The translations under genes and the position numbers were made by a program. A stretch of 64,000 bases of DNA from Lachnospiraceae bacterium (GTDB taxonomy: Bacteria; Bacillota; Clostridia; Lachnospirales; Lachnospiraceae), in contig JAFTEC010000003.1 of assembly GCA_017453865.1 (NCBI GenBank), forward strand, positions 7,906-71,905, in the 5' to 3' direction. Each line of letters starts with the position of its first letter. Positions within the stretch are counted from its first letter, which is position 1. The notes beneath the pieces are model-generated. The model saw only the letters and a program-made list of their open reading frames with translations, had not been told where the DNA came from and ran no database searches. Below, piece by piece: positions 23,753 through 32,937 of the stretch.

Positions 23753-24916
23753 ATGAATAAAAGCATCAGAAAAGCTGTTTACCTTATATTAATATTGATG
23801 GCTGCCCTTTCGGTGCTCCAGGGTGCAAGGAACGCTTTAAAGTTCAGCCAGGATTTTCAGTATGATGCCGCTCTTGCCTTACGGAGCGGTATCAATCCGT
23901 ATAAGGAGAGTCTGGAGCCATCGGGCATCCTTTTGACGGGACCCACGGCGGAATTTTACAGTATGTTTAAGGCAGCGGGGGCACCTCAGAAGATGGAAGC
24001 GAATCAGTTCCCGAGCCTTTTGATGCTGCTCTTCCCGATAACCTTCCTTCCGTACGGTTATGCGAGGATACTGTGGCTCATACTGAATCTTATCTTTTCC
24101 GTGCTTATCATAGTTCTTTTGAGGCAGACCTTCTTTAAGGATACGGAAAGCTTTGTTTTTAATGTCCTGATGCTGCTTATGATCGCGGGAACACCATGGA
24201 GGAACCAGATCGGGGTGGGACAGCACAGTCTCTTTTCCTTTTTCTTTTTCCTTCTTGCCCTGTGGCTGTCGGACAGGAAAAGCGTGCTGCTGTCGGGACT
24301 CATGCTTTCCGTATCGTATTTCAAATATACGCTTACGGCACCCCTTGCCCTGTATTTCCTCTATAAGAAAAGGTACAGGGAATTCGTGATCTCCCTTATC
24401 CCGCATATTATCGGGACCTGCGCCGGAGCGGGGATCCTCGGTACAGGCTTTATCGAGATGATAAGGGAGCCCCTTAAGGTTTCGTCGGCACTTGCGGGAG
24501 AGGGCTCCATAGATATCGGGGCGCTGACCGGAGGAGCGGGATGGAGCGTTATCATTACCGTAGTAATCATGCTTATTCTTACGGTCCTCGCGTTTTTGCT
24601 GCCGGAGGGGAAGGACAGGAGCTTCTTTTCGCTCCTTATACTTATGAGTCTTGTCATGACCTATCACAGGATATATGATTTCTTTATGCTGATACCTGCC
24701 GCGGCGGGAGTGATCGAAGCCGGGTCCCGTATGGGTGAGACAGGGAAAAGGGTGTTCGCAGGAGCCTATGCACTGCTTATATTTTACTTTTTCTTTGTTC
24801 TTAGGATATTCGGTGAAAGCGCGGCTTCGCTTGCTATAGGAGCTTCGATATACTATTGCTTTTTGCTTTTTTATATCTTCAGTGCGGTAAGGGGGATTAA
24901 AGCTCCTTCGCCTTAA
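23753..24916 (+). CDS. GT-C fold (GT87-like) polyprenol-phosphate-sugar-dependent glycosyltransferase
   Basis: Multi-TM; DF after the first TM, NPY, GQ, K and YD motifs in GT87-like spacing; precedes GT2 and GtrA. Start set at ATG 23753. Confidence 0.7.
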   Translation: MNKSIRKAVYLILILMAALSVLQGARNALKFSQDFQYDAALALRSGINPYKESLEPSGILLTGPTAEFYSMFKAAGAPQKMEANQFPSLLMLLFPITFLPYGYARILWLILNLIFSVLIIVLLRQTFFKDTESFVFNVLMLLMIAGTPWRNQIGVGQHSLFSFFFFLLALWLSDRKSVLLSGLMLSVSYFKYTLTAPLALYFLYKKRYREFVISLIPHIIGTCAGAGILGTGFIEMIREPLKVSSALAGEGSIDIGALTGGAGWSVIITVVIMLILTVLAFLLPEGKDRSFFSLLILMSLVMTYHRIYDFFMLIPAAAGVIEAGSRMGETGKRVFAGAYALLIFYFFFVLRIFGESAASLAIGASIYYCFLLFYIFSAVRGIKAPSP

Positions 24917-24953
24917 GTGCGACAGTGCCACGCAAAAGATACAGGAGACGATA

Positions 24954-25661
24954 ATGCAGGATAAATTATACATTGTGATCCCCGCATATAACGAGGAAGC
25001 AAATATAAGAAGAGTGGTGGATGAGTGGTATCCCATTGCGGTGATGGCAGGAGAGAGTTCGAGGCTCGTTATCGTAAATGACGGAAGCCGGGATAATACC
25101 CTCTCTGTATTAAAGGATGAACAGAAGAACCGCCCGCAGCTTATCGTAAAGAGTAAGGAAAACGGCGGACACGGTGCGGCAATACTGTCCGGCTATAAAT
25201 TTGCGCTGTCCGAGGGAGCGGATTATATTTTCCAGACGGATTCCGACGGGCAGACACGGCCTGAGGAATTTGAAGAATTCTACAGGTGCCGCCGGCATTA
25301 CGATATGGTGATCGGCTCCAGAAAGAGCCGCCAGGACGGTATTTCCAGGATCTTTGTCACAAAGATACTGAAGCTCACCGTATTCCTAAGCTTCCACGTA
25401 TGGGTGGAGGACGCCAATACCCCCTACCGTCTGATGAAGGCGGATGCACTGAAAAGGGAGATCCGCTATGTGCCGAAGGACTATTTCCTTACAAACGTGC
25501 TTTTGTCCGTTGCCTTTACAAAGCACGGAAGGAGCATAAGATATATCCCCATAACCTTCCGCCCGAGACAGGGAGGAGTGAATTCCATAAACATGAAACG
25601 GATTTTTGAGATCGGCAGAAATGCCCTTAGGGACTTCAGTAAACTTAACAGGATTTTGTAA
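24954..25661 (+). CDS. Polyprenol-phosphate glycosyltransferase (GT2, DPM1-like)
   Basis: VIPAYNEE, VNDGSRD, NGGHG, DSDGQ; 235 aa. Confidence 0.88.
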   Translation: MQDKLYIVIPAYNEEANIRRVVDEWYPIAVMAGESSRLVIVNDGSRDNTLSVLKDEQKNRPQLIVKSKENGGHGAAILSGYKFALSEGADYIFQTDSDGQTRPEEFEEFYRCRRHYDMVIGSRKSRQDGISRIFVTKILKLTVFLSFHVWVEDANTPYRLMKADALKREIRYVPKDYFLTNVLLSVAFTKHGRSIRYIPITFRPRQGGVNSINMKRIFEIGRNALRDFSKLNRIL

Positions 25662-25719
25662 GTTTGAAAGTAAACTTTCAAACTTACTTTGGTGCCGCTG
25701 AAAAGAAGCGTCACCAAAG
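25658..25719. repeat. Tandem hairpin element (13-bp perfect inverted repeat plus second stem-loop)
   Basis: GTAAGTTTGAAAG-TAAA-CTTTCAAACTTAC followed by CTTTGGTG...CACCAAAG. Confidence 0.6.
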
Positions 25720-25783
25720 GGTCAAAGCCGCTTATTATGGCTGCAACATATCAACAAAATGAAAGGAGCGGCATCGACAAAAA

Positions 25784-26227
25784 ATGAATAAACTTATTAA
25801 ACAGATATTAAAATTCGGAGTGGTGGGGGGTCTTTCCTTCCTTATAGATTTTGCGATCTATACCCTCATCATAGCTGTCTTCGGAAATGCCAAGGTGACG
25901 GTTGCCATAGCCGCATTTTTCGGCTTTACGATTTCTCTTATCTTCAATTATTTCTGCAGCATGAGATTCGTATTTGTCCATGACGAGAATCTGGACAGGA
26001 GGAAGGAATTTTCCATATTCGCGGTTCTTTCACTTATCGGTCTTCTCCTAAACGAGGTGCTGATACTGGGGGTACTCGCGGTATTTGATAATGTACCCTT
26101 CCTTCAGACAGGCTTCAACGGGCTTCTCTGGAATTTCAAGGAGACCCTCGGAAAGATGTTCGCAACCGGTGTCGTAATGGTATATAACTTCATTACAAGA
26201 AAGGTCTTTATTGAAAAAAAGGGATAA
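25784..26227 (+). CDS. GtrA family flippase
   Basis: QILKFGVVG, small multi-TM protein, FNY...RFVF, YNFITRKVFI; RBS AAGGAG. Confidence 0.92.
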   Translation: MNKLIKQILKFGVVGGLSFLIDFAIYTLIIAVFGNAKVTVAIAAFFGFTISLIFNYFCSMRFVFVHDENLDRRKEFSIFAVLSLIGLLLNEVLILGVLAVFDNVPFLQTGFNGLLWNFKETLGKMFATGVVMVYNFITRKVFIEKKG

Positions 26228-27305
26228 CAGAAAAACGACGGCAGTCGTAATAATGATAATACTTCTCTCAGCGGCAGCTTTAGCGGCTCTGTCGGCCGAA
26301 TGGCTTTCATGGCATGGAAATCCCTTTGACAAGGGGGCACCGAAGAACGGCACCGTAAGAGGGAGCATACTTTCCGAGGTGCCGAGGGAGACCGTGGTCG
26401 AGGAACCCGAAAAGGAGCCGGTGGAGGAGATAGAGCCGGAGATCGAAAAGGATATAGTAAATGAAGAGGCGGAGGAATTGACCGGGGAGCATCAGGGGAA
26501 GGAGGTAGACTTGATCGTCTTTGCCGGACAGAGCAATATGTCGGGCCACGGAGGAGATCCGGAGCTGGCACCGGAGGTCGTTCCGGGAGCCGGAGCGGAA
26601 TTCCGTTCGGTGTCAGACCCCACAGAGCTATACAGGATCGCCGAGCCCTTCGGTATTTATGAAAATACGGAGATCATGAATGATTTTTACCTGAAGAGGG
26701 GATCCCTGGTTTCCTCTTTTGTAAATACCTGGTACGCCGAGACAGGCACTCCGGTTATCGCGGTATCGGCATCGAAGGGCGGTATGCCCTCCACCTACTG
26801 GGCTTCGGATGCCGTGTGCGGCGAGGTGGAAAACCGCTTCAGATCCGCGAAGCTCTGGCTTGAGGAAAACGGATATATTGTTAAAAACCAGTTCCTGCTG
26901 TTCCTTCAGGGAGAGAGTGACGTTCTGGAGCAGGTTTCGGACGAGCAATATCTGACGGATATCAACGTATTTTCCACAAGGCTCTTTAATGCGGGGATAG
27001 ACAAATTCCTGATGATAAGGATAGGAAGGGTAAAGGGCAGGACTGCTGCCTTTAAGAGGATAGCGGATCTGCAGACGGAGCTCTGCCGGACCGATCCGAG
27101 GTTCGTGCTGGTTTCGACCATCCTCTCCGGAATAGGGGATGATCATATGACGGATGCCTATCACTACGATCAGGCAGCACTTAATCTTCTCGGAGAGGAT
27201 GCGGCAAGGAACGGAGCATTTTTTGCAAATAACAGGGAGGATCCGGAGATCACGGACTTCGCCACCGGAGAAAAGTATATTCCGGTGAAATATGAAGGAA
27301 TATAA
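26211..27305 (+). CDS. Membrane-anchored SGNH carbohydrate esterase (SASA/sialate O-acetylesterase-like)
   Basis: FAGQSNM, QGESD and DAYHY motifs; N-terminal TM and acidic linker. Confidence 0.85.
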   Translation: MKKRDNRKTTAVVIMIILLSAAALAALSAEWLSWHGNPFDKGAPKNGTVRGSILSEVPRETVVEEPEKEPVEEIEPEIEKDIVNEEAEELTGEHQGKEVDLIVFAGQSNMSGHGGDPELAPEVVPGAGAEFRSVSDPTELYRIAEPFGIYENTEIMNDFYLKRGSLVSSFVNTWYAETGTPVIAVSASKGGMPSTYWASDAVCGEVENRFRSAKLWLEENGYIVKNQFLLFLQGESDVLEQVSDEQYLTDINVFSTRLFNAGIDKFLMIRIGRVKGRTAAFKRIADLQTELCRTDPRFVLVSTILSGIGDDHMTDAYHYDQAALNLLGEDAARNGAFFANNREDPEITDFATGEKYIPVKYEGI

Positions 27306-27418
27306 CCATTCAGAACAGTCACCTGCGGAACCGCAAGTGGAAAGATGTCCGGCGGACATCTTTCGGCTGCGCTTTGATGCGCTGAGCGCAGCAGCAGCCC
27401 GATGAAAACCCCGGCATT
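27302..27418 (+). repeat. GTAACTATTCAG-family modular palindromic repeat, long copy 1
   Basis: TAACCATTCAGAACAGTCAC head followed by three stem-loops and an ATGAAAACC tail; overlaps the esterase stop codon. Confidence 0.85.
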
Positions 27419-27477
27419 TTGGTATTCGGTCTATCGTGTGAAAGGGATAAAGCAGAAAGGAAGCGGCAGGGCAGAAT

Positions 27478-28263
27478 ATGAAAAAAGACAGGATATTATT
27501 ATTCATTCCGGCGTATAACTGCGAGGATCAGATAGTAAGGGTCTTGGCGAGCCTTAAGGATGAGATCCTTGAATTTATTGAAGAGATCATCGTAATCAAT
27601 AACCGGAGTACAGACGGAACGGAAAAGGCGGTGCTTGACTTCAAGGCGGAGCACACTGAGCTTAATCTGAAGCTTTTCAGAAATGATGAGAACTACGGCC
27701 TCGGAGGATCGCAGAAGGTGGCCTTTTCGTATGCGATCGAAAAGGGCTTTGATTATGTCGTGATGGTACATGGGGATGATCAGGGTAATTTATGGGACTT
27801 TCTCCCGGTATTTAAGAAGCGAATTTACAGGAATTATGACTGTGTCCTCGGAGCCCGCTTTATGAGAGGCAGCCGCCTTGAGGGTTACTCCGCGCTTCGT
27901 ACCTTCGGGAACATCGTCTATGATTTCCTTTTCGCGGCAGCGATAAAGCAGAGGGTCTTTGACCTTGGAAGCGGCCTCAATATGTATGATGTCTCGATGC
28001 TGCGTGACGGCTTTTATCTCCGCTTCCCGGATAATCTCATGTTCAATTACTGTATGGTACTGGCATTGCAATACTATAACCAGACCTGCAGGTTTTATCC
28101 CATCTCCTGGAGGGAGACGGATCAGGTTTCGAATGTGAAGCTGTCCTCACAGGCAGTTAAGGTTCTGAAAATACTCTTTGACTATATCGACAATCCCTCA
28201 TCTATCCGGGGTGAGTACAGGGATAAGGAGATCGCGGCATATACATTTGAGGAGATAGGATGA
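27478..28263 (+). CDS. GT2 glycosyltransferase (polyprenol-phosphate sugar synthase-like)
   Basis: FIPAYNCE, NNRSTD, NYGLGGSQK, HGDDQ, GARF. Confidence 0.87.
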   Translation: MKKDRILLFIPAYNCEDQIVRVLASLKDEILEFIEEIIVINNRSTDGTEKAVLDFKAEHTELNLKLFRNDENYGLGGSQKVAFSYAIEKGFDYVVMVHGDDQGNLWDFLPVFKKRIYRNYDCVLGARFMRGSRLEGYSALRTFGNIVYDFLFAAAIKQRVFDLGSGLNMYDVSMLRDGFYLRFPDNLMFNYCMVLALQYYNQTCRFYPISWRETDQVSNVKLSSQAVKVLKILFDYIDNPSSIRGEYRDKEIAAYTFEEIG

Positions 28264-29069
28264 GCTGGCACTTCAGTATTAGCTTAAATACGGCAGATAT
28301 CTTTACCGTACTGCTTCTTTTTGCCGGAGCGCATTTCTTCAAATTCAGCAGGTTTTATATGGTGCTTATGGAGGAAAGGATGCTTACGTTTTTTGATATC
28401 TTATTTCTCTATGCGGGAACGACCCTTGTGAACCTTATAATCCCCTTTAAGCTCGGTGAGCTGTACAGGGTCGCTGCCGTAAAGCATATGTCGGGGTCTT
28501 TTAAGACAGGGATCCTTCTCGTGGTGATCGACAGGTTTTTCGATACGCTGGCGCTCCTCACCCTGACCCTCCCCTTCGGCCTTCTTTTTCTTCATGAGGC
28601 GGATCCGGTGCTGGTATTACTCTTTACCTGTCTTATCCTTCTCTTTGTCTGCTTCCTTACCTTCGCACCCTCCTTCAGCTATGTCAACAGGTTTCTGATA
28701 ACTACGAAGAAGTCAGGCAGAGCGCTAGTGCTTCTTGATATTCTCGATAAGGCGGATGAATGGCACCGGTATTTAAGGCGGCTCATCCGGGGCCGGAGTC
28801 CTCTGGTATTTCTGGCATCGCTTTTAGGGTGGATCATCGAATTCGGAGCCTTGAAGATCTTCGCGGGAACCCTCGGGAAGAGCTTTGATATCGAAGAATT
28901 CATAAGATACATAAACTCCCTTTTGTCGGGAGGAACAGGCTTTATAGGAAAGGCATATAATTTTATGGGAATAGCCGTTTTTTCTGTGCTTACCATTGTG
29001 TGCCTTATAATGACCGGGGGAAACGTTAAAAAGACCCGGTATGAAAGGAACGGCAGCGTCGGAAAATGA
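28260..29069 (+). CDS. Lysylphosphatidylglycerol-synthase-TM (flippase-like) membrane protein
   Basis: Multi-TM; NLIIPFKLGELYR and IDRFFD motifs. Confidence 0.75.
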   Translation: MSWHFSISLNTADIFTVLLLFAGAHFFKFSRFYMVLMEERMLTFFDILFLYAGTTLVNLIIPFKLGELYRVAAVKHMSGSFKTGILLVVIDRFFDTLALLTLTLPFGLLFLHEADPVLVLLFTCLILLFVCFLTFAPSFSYVNRFLITTKKSGRALVLLDILDKADEWHRYLRRLIRGRSPLVFLASLLGWIIEFGALKIFAGTLGKSFDIEEFIRYINSLLSGGTGFIGKAYNFMGIAVFSVLTIVCLIMTGGNVKKTRYERNGSVGK

Positions 29070-30496
29070 AAAAGATCACCGTAATTTATGATGACAGCAG
29101 AAGACCCTCGGATGATATCAGGGAGATCACCGGAGAAAAGAGCTTCGGAAGGATAATTTACAGGAGGAGATCCTTAAGGGATCATTTCAGCGCTCATGTT
29201 TCCGATGCTTCGGAAAAGGAAAAGCTGAGTATTGATACCTGTTTTCTGACATCCGCGGACAGCTTCACCCTGCAGGATACGGATATGAAGAGGGTAGCGG
29301 TCCTTGTCTTTTCCGACTGCATAGTGAGGGATCTTCCGGAGTTTTCCCTGCTCCTTAAGAAAGCGGGCTACTGCAGGGAGGACTACAGGGTAATGGCGGG
29401 AGATAAGGTTGCTGCCGTGATTTTTTCCGATATAAAGAGCTTTTTCTCATTTTTGGAGGACGAGGGGGATCTAAGGGAAAGAGCCTTAAGCCTGGAGGAG
29501 ATAATTTCAGACGCCTTTCTCTGCATCGCTGAGAAGAAAGGATTTTTAAGCTTTATAACCGGAGGCTTTGATGCAAGGTACTTCAATGCCCTGTCGGGAG
29601 ATGAATATACCGTTGTAAAGAGCAGTGAAAACAAGGCAAAGATATCCGCGGAGTACAGGTTTTATTATCTCCTTCCCGAAAATATGCGAAGCTGGTTCGT
29701 GCTGCCATATGAGTACAGGGAGGAGGGGAATAAGGCTTCCTACAGGATGCAGCGCTACCATATGACGGATCTTGCCATACGCTATGTCCACGGCGCCATT
29801 TCAATCGGGGAATTTAAGAAGATCCTCGATATCCTCTTTGTTTTCATTAAGGAGCGGAGAGAAGAGAGGGTGACCTGGAATGAATTCTATGAGAAGCGGC
29901 GTGAGCTCTACATACTGAAGGTTGAGAAAAGGATAGAGGAATTTAAGAAGCATCCCTCCTTCCCGAGGATAGAAAACTATCTGGTGAGCGGGACCGCCTA
30001 TAACGGGATAAACGACATCCTGAAAAAATATGAGGAAACCTATGATTCGATGATAGGAAGGAATAAGGAGGAGCTGAGAAAGACCGTGAGCCACGGTGAT
30101 CTCTGCTTCTCGAATATACTCTATTCCCCGGATGCCGGACTCTTAAGGCTCATAGATCCCAAGGGTGCAACGGATGAAAAGGAACTGTTTTCCGATCCTC
30201 TTTATGATATCGCAAAGCTCTCCCATTCCGTTTCCGGCTGTTATGATTTTATGAACAGTGCCCTTTTTGACATCAAGGTTTCCGAGGATATGAAGCTTAA
30301 GCTCAGTATCGACGGGGACGTCCGTGAATACAGGAGGGAATTTGAAAGGAAGCTTAAGGAGGAGGGGATAGATGTACGGACCGTGAGGCTTTTCGAGTGC
30401 TCCCTCTTTCTTTCAATGCTGCCTCTCCATACGGACAGGCCGCAGAAGGTTCTCGCCTTTATCCTGAACGCGATAAATATTTTAGAGGAGCTCTAG
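29066..30496 (+). CDS. APH-like kinase-domain protein of polysaccharide loci
   Basis: HGDLCFSNIL, IDPKG, DPLYDIAKLSHS, FLSMLPLH. Confidence 0.75.
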   Translation: MKKITVIYDDSRRPSDDIREITGEKSFGRIIYRRRSLRDHFSAHVSDASEKEKLSIDTCFLTSADSFTLQDTDMKRVAVLVFSDCIVRDLPEFSLLLKKAGYCREDYRVMAGDKVAAVIFSDIKSFFSFLEDEGDLRERALSLEEIISDAFLCIAEKKGFLSFITGGFDARYFNALSGDEYTVVKSSENKAKISAEYRFYYLLPENMRSWFVLPYEYREEGNKASYRMQRYHMTDLAIRYVHGAISIGEFKKILDILFVFIKERREERVTWNEFYEKRRELYILKVEKRIEEFKKHPSFPRIENYLVSGTAYNGINDILKKYEETYDSMIGRNKEELRKTVSHGDLCFSNILYSPDAGLLRLIDPKGATDEKELFSDPLYDIAKLSHSVSGCYDFMNSALFDIKVSEDMKLKLSIDGDVREYRREFERKLKEEGIDVRTVRLFECSLFLSMLPLHTDRPQKVLAFILNAINILEEL

Positions 30497-30500
30497 ATCG

Positions 30501-30603
30501 ATACGGGGCACTGTCGCACCCGGTGCGACAAAACGTGCCCGAAAAACGTCCACTGGACGTTTTTCCACTTGCTGCTCCGCAAGTGACTGTTCTGAATAGT
30601 TAC
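30501..30603 (-). repeat. GTAACTATTCAG-family modular palindromic repeat, long copy 2 (inverted)
   Basis: Reverse complement reads GTAACTATTCAGAACAGTCACTTGCGGAGCAGCAAGTG-GAAAAACGTCCAGTGGACGTTTTTC-GGGCAC...GTGCCC. Confidence 0.88.
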
Positions 30604-30631
30604 GAAGAATCTAAAATAACGGTATTTACTG

Positions 30632-31987
30632 ATGGATATACGCAGCATACGAAAGGGAATTGAAAAATTACGGGATTATACGGAGAGAAATGGGGTGGAA
30701 GCCGCTCTTTTCCGCACCCTTGAGGGAATAAGGGAGAGCGCCGAAAACCGGCTTTACTCGAGGGAAGCCCTGATGATACCGGAGAGCACTGAAGCCGGGG
30801 AGGAGACGGGCGGGATTTTCCTTAGTCTCATAATACCGGTTTTCGAGCCGGATATGGATGACTTCGCCCATCTTCTCGATTCGATCTTGGGCCAGAGCTA
30901 CACGGACTTTGAGGTGGTGATAGCGGACGGCAGCGGGAATGACGATATTGAAAACGTGGTCAGAACCTATGATGAGGATCCGGACATAGGGTTAAAAATA
31001 AAATACAGAAGGCTCGGGGAGAATAAGGGCATATCGGAGAACACCAATGAGGCCATAAGGGATGCAGAGGGGGAATATCTGGTCTTCCTTGACCATGACG
31101 ACTTTATCGAGCCCGATGCACTTTCCGAGACCGTACGTGCGATAAGGAACGGTGCGGAGCTTGTCTACACGGATGAGGATAAGTATGACGGCCTTAGGGA
31201 CAGGTATATCAGCGTGAACCGGAAGCCGGACTTTAATCTTGACCTGCTTCTTTCCAATAATTATATCTGCCATATGCTCACCGTAAAAAAGGAGGCCGTG
31301 GAAAGGGCAGGCTTCTTACGGCCGGAATATGACGGGGCGCAGGATCACGACCTCATTCTCAGGCTTTCGGAAACTGTGCCGAGGGAGAAGATAGCCCATA
31401 TTCCCAAGGTCCTTTATCACTGGCGGATAACCGATGCTTCGACAGCGGGAAATCCGAAGGCAAAGCTATATGCCTATGAAAACGGAAGGAAGGCCGTGGA
31501 GGATTATTTCAGGAGAAGAGGGATAAGGGCATCCGTGAGTGACAGCTCCCACAGAGGTTTTTTCCATACGGATTATTCAAAGGCGGACGTTTCCCCGGAG
31601 GACAGCTGCCTATTTATCGATAACAGGCTGGTACCGCTGACCCCGGATACGGAAAGGCGGCTTAAAGGCTATTTTTCAAGAAAAGAGGCAGGGATAGTTG
31701 GAGGAAGGATAATCGGCAGAAGCGGAAGAACACTGTCAAACGGCTATGTAAGGGACGAATATGGCAGAAGGGTTCCCGAATATGGTAAAATAGACTACAG
31801 ATTCTCAGGATATATGCACAGGGCATCAATGGCAAGGGAGACAGAGGCCGTAAGCGTACACGCCTTTGCAGTCCGCAGGGAGCTCCTGCCCCTTGTTTCT
31901 AGGGATGCCTTCGCCATGTGCGAAAGGATCCGCTCCCGGGGCTACAGCGTGATAGTGGATCCGGAAATAATCTTCAGGATAAAATGA
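30632..31987 (+). CDS. GT2 glycosyltransferase with degenerate second domain
   Basis: SLIIPVF, GISENTN, LDHDD, YTDED, DGAQDHD, YHWR. Confidence 0.88.
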   Translation: MDIRSIRKGIEKLRDYTERNGVEAALFRTLEGIRESAENRLYSREALMIPESTEAGEETGGIFLSLIIPVFEPDMDDFAHLLDSILGQSYTDFEVVIADGSGNDDIENVVRTYDEDPDIGLKIKYRRLGENKGISENTNEAIRDAEGEYLVFLDHDDFIEPDALSETVRAIRNGAELVYTDEDKYDGLRDRYISVNRKPDFNLDLLLSNNYICHMLTVKKEAVERAGFLRPEYDGAQDHDLILRLSETVPREKIAHIPKVLYHWRITDASTAGNPKAKLYAYENGRKAVEDYFRRRGIRASVSDSSHRGFFHTDYSKADVSPEDSCLFIDNRLVPLTPDTERRLKGYFSRKEAGIVGGRIIGRSGRTLSNGYVRDEYGRRVPEYGKIDYRFSGYMHRASMARETEAVSVHAFAVRRELLPLVSRDAFAMCERIRSRGYSVIVDPEIIFRIK

Positions 31988-32934
31988 ACGAAGTAACGGT
32001 TATAATCCCGAATTACAGGGGAGAAAAGTTCATAGCGGATTGTCTGAGCTCGCTTTTTTCCCAGAGCGTGAAGGACTTTGATATAATCGTTGTCGATAAT
32101 GCTTCGGGTGACGGGAGCACGGATATAATAAAAAAGGATTTTCCGTCCGTGGGACTGATCGTGCTTGACGATAATTACGGCTTTTCGAGGGCAGTAAACG
32201 AAGGACTGAAGGCCTCGGGCACCCCCTTTGTGATCCTCTTAAACAATGACACGAGGGCCGATAAATATTTTGTGGAAAAGCTTCTCCTTGCCATAAAGGA
32301 GGATGAGAGGATCTTTTCGGTATCCTCAAAGATGCTTCAGATGGCTGCTCCGGGAAGGATTGACGGGGCCGGAGATCTCTACAGCGCCTTCGGCTGGGCC
32401 TTTGCCCGGGGGAAGGACAGGAGGGCAGATGCCTTCAGTAAACGCTGTGATGTCTTTGCGGCCTGCGGCGGTGCTGCGATATACAGGAGGAGTATCCTTG
32501 ACGAGATAGGCTGGTTTGACGAATTCCATTTCGCCTATCTCGAGGATGTGGATATCGGCTACAGGGCGCGGATAATGGGATACCGCAATACCTATGAGCC
32601 GGAGGCCCTGGTCTATCACTACGGCAGCGGGGTTTCGGGGTCAAGGTACAATGATTTCAAGGTGCGTCTGTCAGCCAGGAACAATATGTACATCATAATG
32701 AAGAATATGCCTACGCCCCAGATAATACTTAACCTTCCGTTTCTTCTTACCGGCTTCGGGCTGAAGGCACTTTTCTTTATTTTCAAGGGCTATGGCAGGG
32801 CGTATCTTTCCGGGATAAAGAGGGGTTATCTTCTTTGCCGTGAGGGGAGGAAGTTTCCCTATTCTCCGGAGAACTTCGGGAATTATGCCCGTATCCAGCT
32901 GGAGCTCATACTTAATATGTTCAGAAGGTTTTAG
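31984..32934 (+). CDS. GT2 glycosyltransferase (rhamnosyltransferase-like)
   Basis: VIIPNY, VVDNASGD, LLNND, YLEDVD; start ATG overlaps the upstream stop (ATGA). Confidence 0.9.
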   Translation: MNEVTVIIPNYRGEKFIADCLSSLFSQSVKDFDIIVVDNASGDGSTDIIKKDFPSVGLIVLDDNYGFSRAVNEGLKASGTPFVILLNNDTRADKYFVEKLLLAIKEDERIFSVSSKMLQMAAPGRIDGAGDLYSAFGWAFARGKDRRADAFSKRCDVFAACGGAAIYRRSILDEIGWFDEFHFAYLEDVDIGYRARIMGYRNTYEPEALVYHYGSGVSGSRYNDFKVRLSARNNMYIIMKNMPTPQIILNLPFLLTGFGLKALFFIFKGYGRAYLSGIKRGYLLCREGRKFPYSPENFGNYARIQLELILNMFRRF

Positions 32935-32937
32935 CTT

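Noticed and set aside
23879-25036. 385-aa antisense ORF (also the long antisense ORFs at 3640, 26628 and 39042)
   Set aside because: Shadow frames of well-supported genes with no recognisable motifs.
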